A stretch of 64,000 bases of DNA from a bacterium. Its GTDB lineage: Bacteria; Patescibacteriota; Minisyncoccia; UBA6257; UBA9933. The notes beneath the pieces were generated by a model. That model searched no databases. It had not been told where the DNA came from and was given only the letters and a program-made list of their open reading frames with translations. The translations under genes were made by a program, and so were the position numbers. Of the stretch, positions 58,716 to 64,000 are shown one piece after another. Numbering within the stretch: position 1 is the stretch's first letter; the number at the start of each line of letters is the position of its first letter. Where the stretch lies: NCBI GenBank assembly GCA_021796335.1, contig JAJYHZ010000002.1, forward strand, positions 29,728 through 93,727, read 5' to 3'.

Positions 58716-58732
58716 ATGCCGTAATTTACAAG

Positions 58733-58760
58733 AGGCGGGAGAAATCTCGCCTGTTTTTTT
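58733..58760 (+). terminator. intrinsic terminator aggcg-ggagaaatct-cgcct-gttttttt
   Basis: Stem plus a T-run. Confidence 0.5.
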
Positions 58761-58817
58761 AATTTTATCATCTGTGAAATTAGATTTTTCTCCGCCAACT
58801 GGCGGATCAGAATGGCT

Positions 58818-60137
58818 TTATTTCAGCCTTTCTTTTAAATAATCTTCTAAAGCTGAAATTGATACTCTTTCTTGCTTCATCGAATCGCGGTTGCGGACAG
58901 TCACATCGTTATTTCCCAAACTATCAAAATCAATTGTTATGCAATAAGGAGTCCCGATTTCGTCCTGATAACGATAACGCTTTCCGATATTTCCCCTGTC
59001 ATCCCAAAAAGTCGGAAATTGTTTTTTTAAGTCAGTATAAATTTCCCGCGCTTTCCCGACTAAATTTTCTTTGTTTGCCAATAATGGAAATACCGCGACT
59101 TTATACGGAGCAATATTTGGATTTAATTTTAAAACAATTCTGGTTTCGCCATTCTCTAACTGTTCTTCATTATAAGCTTCAACCATAACTGCCAAGAAGG
59201 TGCGGTCAACTCCGAAAGTCGGCTCAATGACATGCGGAATAAATCTTTTGCCGGTTTGCTCGTCAAAATATTCCATGCTGACTCCAGAATATTTTTGGTG
59301 CCGGGACAAATCGTAATCAGTCCTGTAAGCAATCGCCCATAATTCGTCTTTTCCGAATGGAAACGGATACTCCATATCAATGGTGCGCTTGGAGTAAAAT
59401 GCGCGTTCGCCGTCGGGAATTTCATGGTCGAAAAGTTTTTTCTTATCCAGGCCGATTATATCGGCAAAATTATGGATATATTTTACCCACTCTTCAAAAA
59501 TTTTAATCCAATCAGAATCGGGATTAATGAAATACTCTATTTCCATTATTTCGAATTCCAAAGTGCGGAAAATAAACTGGCCGGTAGTGATTTCATTTCG
59601 AAAAGCTTTTCCGATTTGGCCTATGCCGAAAGGAATTTTTTTGTTGGTGGAGCTTAAAACATTTTTATAATCAACGAATATATTTTGAGCTGTTTCACCT
59701 CTTAAATATGCCAATGTTTGATCGCCCTCGACCGGTCCTATCATAACCTTAAAAAGCAGGCTGAAGGGGCGCGGTTCTGTAAATTCTCCTCCGCAAACCG
59801 GGCATTTGGAAGCATCTTCTAATTTATCCGGCCTGAATCTGCGATGGCATTTTTTACATTCAACCAATAAATCTTTAAATCCCGAAACATGCCCGGAGGC
59901 TTCCCAAATTTTTGCATTTGAAATTATACCGCCGTCCAAGCCAACCATATCATCCCTGTCCTGGATAAAATATTTCCACCAGGCTTTTTTAATGTTATTT
60001 TTCAGCTCAACTCCCAGATGGCCGTAATCGTAAGTATTGGCCAAGCCGCCGTAAATTTCCGAGCCGGGAAATATAAAGCCTCGCCTTTTGCAAAGCGAGA
60101 CTATTTTCTCCATTAAGTTTTTATCTTGACTGGTCAT
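58818..60137 (-). CDS. glyQS: glycine--tRNA ligase (dimeric alpha2 type)
   Basis: N-terminal FIFPGSEIYGGLANTYDYGHLG, zinc-knuckle insertion CKKCHRRF...CPVCGG, class II motifs FRNEITTGQFIFRTLEFEIMEIEYF. Confidence 0.75.
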   Translation of the reverse strand: MTSQDKNLMEKIVSLCKRRGFIFPGSEIYGGLANTYDYGHLGVELKNNIKKAWWKYFIQDRDDMVGLDGGIISNAKIWEASGHVSGFKDLLVECKKCHRRFRPDKLEDASKCPVCGGEFTEPRPFSLLFKVMIGPVEGDQTLAYLRGETAQNIFVDYKNVLSSTNKKIPFGIGQIGKAFRNEITTGQFIFRTLEFEIMEIEYFINPDSDWIKIFEEWVKYIHNFADIIGLDKKKLFDHEIPDGERAFYSKRTIDMEYPFPFGKDELWAIAYRTDYDLSRHQKYSGVSMEYFDEQTGKRFIPHVIEPTFGVDRTFLAVMVEAYNEEQLENGETRIVLKLNPNIAPYKVAVFPLLANKENLVGKAREIYTDLKKQFPTFWDDRGNIGKRYRYQDEIGTPYCITIDFDSLGNNDVTVRNRDSMKQERVSISALEDYLKERLK

Positions 60138-62000
60138 TTATTTTACCGAATCGTTAGTTTTCAAATTATCAATACTACTATTCAGGCTAAGATTAGTAAA
60201 GGTGTCTGTCGCAGTTACGGAAACCGGACTCATAATCAAAAGACTTTGGCCGGATTGAGTGACGTTCGGAGTAATCTGAATTTGGAAAACGGCCTCAACC
60301 GGACTGCTGATAACGCCTCTTGTTGCCAAAACTTTATCGATATTCCAGGTTACCTGGCCGGTTCTATCATCGTATTGAGGAATTGAATTTACGTTGCTGG
60401 TAACCACGTTAAGCCATTGCGCTCCTTGCAAGGTGCCCGTAAAATTAACGTTACTTATGTCGGTGGAGTAATTTTTTAAAAGCCAATGTACTTCATAGAC
60501 AGTCGGCTTGTTAATTTCCGGCGGGTAAGGCCCTTTAATGACTTTCATATATTCGCTTGGCTCGATCGCACCGGAAATTTTCGTTTCCAAATCCGCCAAA
60601 CCGACTGTTTTATCACTGGAAACATTGTACGGAACGGTTGGCGAATCTATTTCCCCTTGAACGCTTAGCACGAAATTTTTATCAAACATTCTTTTGATGG
60701 GAAAGGTTGATTTGGTATTGATGGAAAAGTTAATCTGGCTAGAACTTCCAGGAGCCAAAGATTTCAGACTTGCATCATTGCCCGCGTTCCAGGTTATGGT
60801 ATTAGAAGTCGAATCGAAATTGCCGTCTGTTTTCAAGGTTGAAAAATCAAACATATCGCCTTTTAATTTTATTTTCACAACGGCATCATTTAAAGCAACA
60901 TCTGTATTATTGCCGTAGCTGACTTGATAATTCAAAGTGTTATTTAAAGCCGCTATATAATTCGGATCATTATTAATCGCTAATCCCAGCGAAATCGGTG
61001 AAGCGGCAATATTCAAATCGGCGGTTTTTTCATTAATCGTGTAATCCTGATTATCATAATTAACAATGACGTCGGCTTTGGCCTGAAAAAATGTTTGATC
61101 AGAAACTGGCAAACTTCCGGTAATGACGAACGAATTCTGCGAATTCGGGCTTATTTGAGAAATCACCCAGACGTTGTTACTTGAAGTCGGAGCGACGGTG
61201 GCTTGTTTAAACACAAATCCCTGGGGATAAGTAAGCCGGATTTTGGCATTTTCGAAATTCGCATCAGAGCTATTGTTATAATTTACATTGATTTGAAAAT
61301 CTTGGCCGCTGAATATTTTTTGCGGAGTCATAAAATTTAAATCGATCGCCGGTTGATCGACATTAACCTTGATAGATTCGGTTCTTTCAAATCGCGTTTT
61401 GAGATTCTGCGGCACGTATGAAAAATCCACATCAAATTCTTTGACTGTTTGCGGGTCTTGCAAAATTACGACTTTGTAATCTTTTTGGAAGGTTTCTCCG
61501 CCGTTCATGTTGCCGATATCTTCTTCAATGGTCTGTTTGCCGCCGGCCTGATTATCCAAGCTTATAACCCCCTCAGGCAGGGTAATTATGAATTTCGAAT
61601 CATTCATGGCATTTTGCGATTTATTCGTAATAGAAACGCTGATGTCGAAAGGTTGCGCAAGCATGACTTTGTCAGGAGCATTGAGAGTAAAGTTTAAATC
61701 ACTCGCTTTGCTGAAATAATGGAGATAAAGGTAAACAAAACCTCCTCCGATTAAGACAACGCCGAGCAAAATCCAAAAAAGCGATTTTATAAATCTTCCG
61801 AAATTGTTCATAAATCCTGATTTTTGACCATTGGAATTAATTTCAATTTTCTGGTCATCCCAGGTATTTTTAAAATTCTGGCCGGAATTTTCATTATTGT
61901 CCGTCCGGTTTTTAATTTGCTGTTTCTGAAGATTAATTGTACTCCCCTCTTGATCGGGATTAAGATCATATAATTTTTTTTCCAAATCCTCCAAAGACAT
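60138..62000 (-). CDS. large hypothetical membrane-anchored extracellular protein
   Basis: Cytoplasmic N-terminus, one TM (LFWILLGVVLIGGGFVYLYL), large S/T/N-rich repeat-like ectodomain. Confidence 0.35.
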   Translation of the reverse strand: MSLEDLEKKLYDLNPDQEGSTINLQKQQIKNRTDNNENSGQNFKNTWDDQKIEINSNGQKSGFMNNFGRFIKSLFWILLGVVLIGGGFVYLYLHYFSKASDLNFTLNAPDKVMLAQPFDISVSITNKSQNAMNDSKFIITLPEGVISLDNQAGGKQTIEEDIGNMNGGETFQKDYKVVILQDPQTVKEFDVDFSYVPQNLKTRFERTESIKVNVDQPAIDLNFMTPQKIFSGQDFQINVNYNNSSDANFENAKIRLTYPQGFVFKQATVAPTSSNNVWVISQISPNSQNSFVITGSLPVSDQTFFQAKADVIVNYDNQDYTINEKTADLNIAASPISLGLAINNDPNYIAALNNTLNYQVSYGNNTDVALNDAVVKIKLKGDMFDFSTLKTDGNFDSTSNTITWNAGNDASLKSLAPGSSSQINFSINTKSTFPIKRMFDKNFVLSVQGEIDSPTVPYNVSSDKTVGLADLETKISGAIEPSEYMKVIKGPYPPEINKPTVYEVHWLLKNYSTDISNVNFTGTLQGAQWLNVVTSNVNSIPQYDDRTGQVTWNIDKVLATRGVISSPVEAVFQIQITPNVTQSGQSLLIMSPVSVTATDTFTNLSLNSSIDNLKTNDSVK

Positions 62001-62206
62001 AAAATAAAAAATTAAAATATCTAGTTATTCTAATTTCTAAAAACTAAAAATATTCAGTGTGTCGTTTTGAACGCAGTGAAAAATCTGATTTTATTCAATA
62101 AAATTCTGACCGGTGACACAAAAAGCTTGATTAAATAATAAATCATTTTGGACGAATTTTAAAGACTGATTCATTATTCTATTGTTACAATTTGTGAAAT
62201 GTGGAT

Positions 62207-62244
62207 CCAATCAAATTTTCTGCGATCGCTCAAAATTTGATTGG
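62207..62244. repeat. 38-bp near-perfect palindrome ccaatcaaattttctGCGATCGCtcaaaatttgattgg
   Basis: Copy of the 57035 palindrome with 2 central mismatches. Confidence 0.7.
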
Positions 62245-62840
62245 GAACTTCTTATTTTTATTAAATCCGCATTTTTTGCCGTTTTAAAAGCAGGAAGAGA
62301 ACATTTGAGGCATAAAAATTCATTATCCACCTTATTGAAATAAAACGTATTTTTATTGGAGCAAACCGCGCATTGGGAGAACTCCGGATTAAAGCCGCTC
62401 ACTTTTAAAATAAGCTGGTATGCCTGAAACTCGTCCAAATCTCTTTTGATTATTTCCTTAATCACCTGCCATAAGAGCAGATCCGGCTGAAATTCAAAAG
62501 TCATATCATCGATAAAATTGATTATGCGCAAATGTTTGATTAATGATTCCTGATTACCTTTTATTTTTTTCAGATTTTCTTTGTCGGAGAGCGCGTCAAT
62601 TAGTTGAAAATAGCCGTTTTTATTGTTAATAAGCCGAATCTTAACGAAACTTAACGGTTCCAGATGCGGATTGGACTTGGAAAGTATTCGGCGCAAGCCT
62701 TTGGCTTTGGCAATAACCTTACCGAATTGTTCGGTATAAAAATAAATCAACCCGTCTGTATCGTTAAGAGCTTCCTTATTTAGAACAATAGCCTCAGAAT
62801 AGTATTCAAGCATAGAAATAGCGAAATTAATTGTTAGCAA
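62211..62840 (-). CDS. recO: DNA repair protein RecO
   Basis: N-terminal OB fold (EAIVLNKEALNDTDGLIYFYTEQFGKV), C-terminal zinc finger CAVC...CLKC. Confidence 0.55.
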   Translation of the reverse strand: MLTINFAISMLEYYSEAIVLNKEALNDTDGLIYFYTEQFGKVIAKAKGLRRILSKSNPHLEPLSFVKIRLINNKNGYFQLIDALSDKENLKKIKGNQESLIKHLRIINFIDDMTFEFQPDLLLWQVIKEIIKRDLDEFQAYQLILKVSGFNPEFSQCAVCSNKNTFYFNKVDNEFLCLKCSLPAFKTAKNADLIKIRSSQSNFERSQKI

Positions 62841-63099
62841 TTAGTCTTTAGTTATTAGAATATCATAAATCCGTTAGTTTTCACCTTAAAATAATACCTT
62901 GATAAAATCTAATATTTGACGCCCACCCACAAGCAAACAAAATCGTCAAATATTAAATTTTTTGGATTATAAAAAGTGCGGAAAATGGCAGGAATCTTTA
63001 AAATAACCAGATTTTATGCGATTTTTTACTACTTGACAAAATCAATTTATTTATTATAATTAATGCAGAAACTAAAAACTGAAAGGGGGAATTTTATAG

Positions 63100-63363
63100 A
63101 TGAAAGAAAGAAATGATTTTTTTAGACTAGCGAATATGCTGGCGGGTATTAGCGGAGCCTTATTCGCTATTGCTTTATTTTTTCTTTTCGGCATATTTAT
63201 GCTGTATGGCAGCAAAAACAATCTTCCGGTTGAGTGGCGGTTCGTATATCCGTCAGGAATCGTGAAAACCATGTATGTTCTGATAATTGTGGGGGCAATC
63301 AGCGCCTTACTGAGCACTTTTGCAAAAAGGCTCGGTGTCCCCTCGAAAAGAAGTGCGAGGTGA
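63100..63363 (+). CDS. small hypothetical membrane protein
   Basis: Two TM helices. Confidence 0.3.
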   Translation: MKERNDFFRLANMLAGISGALFAIALFFLFGIFMLYGSKNNLPVEWRFVYPSGIVKTMYVLIIVGAISALLSTFAKRLGVPSKRSAR

Positions 63364-63365
63364 CA

Positions 63366-63601
63366 TGGGAAAGCAGAAATATTGGTACGAAGCCCAAGGA
63401 TCTGCGTTAGGACGCAGATTCAGCGGGCAGATGTATGTCGTAAACGAGGACGAAGCATTGGTCGTCCTCGAGAAACGGATCAAAAAATACGCGAAGGAGC
63501 AGTTGGGCATATATAAAGAATTCATAGATTTAATACAGCCCAATGCCAGTAGGATCACCTTGAGCTTTGGGCAAAGACCCATATGGCTCGAGGAGATTTA
63601 A
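63366..63601 (+). CDS. small hypothetical protein (GC-rich ORF)
   Basis: MGKQKYWYEAQG...; the start is taken at the internal Met; GC is higher than the surroundings. Confidence 0.25.
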
Positions 63602-63770
63602 CCCTTCCCGCAAAAATGCGCAAGCATGGCGGGAGGGGATTTTTTTTGAAAATTATTTTAAAGAATTATATTGCTTATATTATTTAAATCCGCTTCCGCA
63701 GGCCTACCTGCCTGTCGGCAAACAGGCAAGGCTAAGAGAATTTTGATATTCGTGCTTAATAATTTTTATT

Positions 63771-63804
63771 ATCGTATATTTTGACGATCGTCAAAATATA
63801 CGAT
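63771..63804. repeat. 34-bp perfect palindrome atcgtatattttgaCGATCGtcaaaatatacgat
   Basis: Perfect inverted repeat centred on CGATCG. Confidence 0.7.
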
Positions 63805-63832
63805 TGGCAAGAGTATGTTTGAATTTAAAAAG

Positions 63833-63866
63833 GTATACAATTCCAACGATCGTTAAATTTGTATAC
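63833..63866. repeat. 34-bp imperfect palindrome gtatacaattccaaCGATCGttaaatttgtatac
   Basis: Outer arms gtatacaa/ttgtatac and inner arms aacgatcgtt are palindromic. Confidence 0.6.
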
Positions 63867-64000
63867 TTTTTTGTTTATACTCTTTCATAAGAAATTGCGG
63901 GAAAAATTTATTTTTTGAATTTTCGAGATCTTCTGCCGCTAAAGCGGAATCGAGACGAATAGAAAAATTTAATTCAAGAATATTATTCCCCTTTTATAAC

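Overview
This 64 kb window is AT-rich and densely packed with short genes. The gene content looks like a small-genome, CPR/Patescibacteria-like bacterium (inference from composition and content). Most of it is housekeeping: tRNA-Gln, RNase P RNA, rpsP, khpA, frr, glyQS, pgk, thrC, clpB, htrA, murD, recO, holB, polX, parA and parB. Two type IV pilus or pseudopilus loci stand out. The first, at roughly 10.0-19.5 kb on the minus strand, carries tandem major pilins, a PilX-like protein, minor pseudopilins, a large surface protein, PilC and a short PilB/ComGA-type ATPase. The second, at 44.3-47.9 kb, has a pilin and a full-length PilB. The strongest finding is that the RNase P RNA gene (about 22.95-23.58 kb, minus strand) carries two nearly identical 122/123-nt hairpin-forming elements with terminal inverted repeats, inserted at helix-terminal positions. 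Other findings: two tandem pilin genes whose mature-domain coding sequences are 100% identical over 407 bp while leaders and flanks differ; a dispersed family of palindromes centred on CGATCG; a GC-rich P-loop kinase plus an APH-fold kinase between parA and parB; an N-terminally truncated ABC exporter beside a block of unknown genes next to tRNA-Gln; an in-frame repetitive insertion in cysteine desulfurase; a TruB-acylphosphatase fusion; a truncated phosphoglucomutase domain; and an unusual 0.9 kb ORF-free structured region. All calls rest on reading the sequence and ORF translations, with no database searches.
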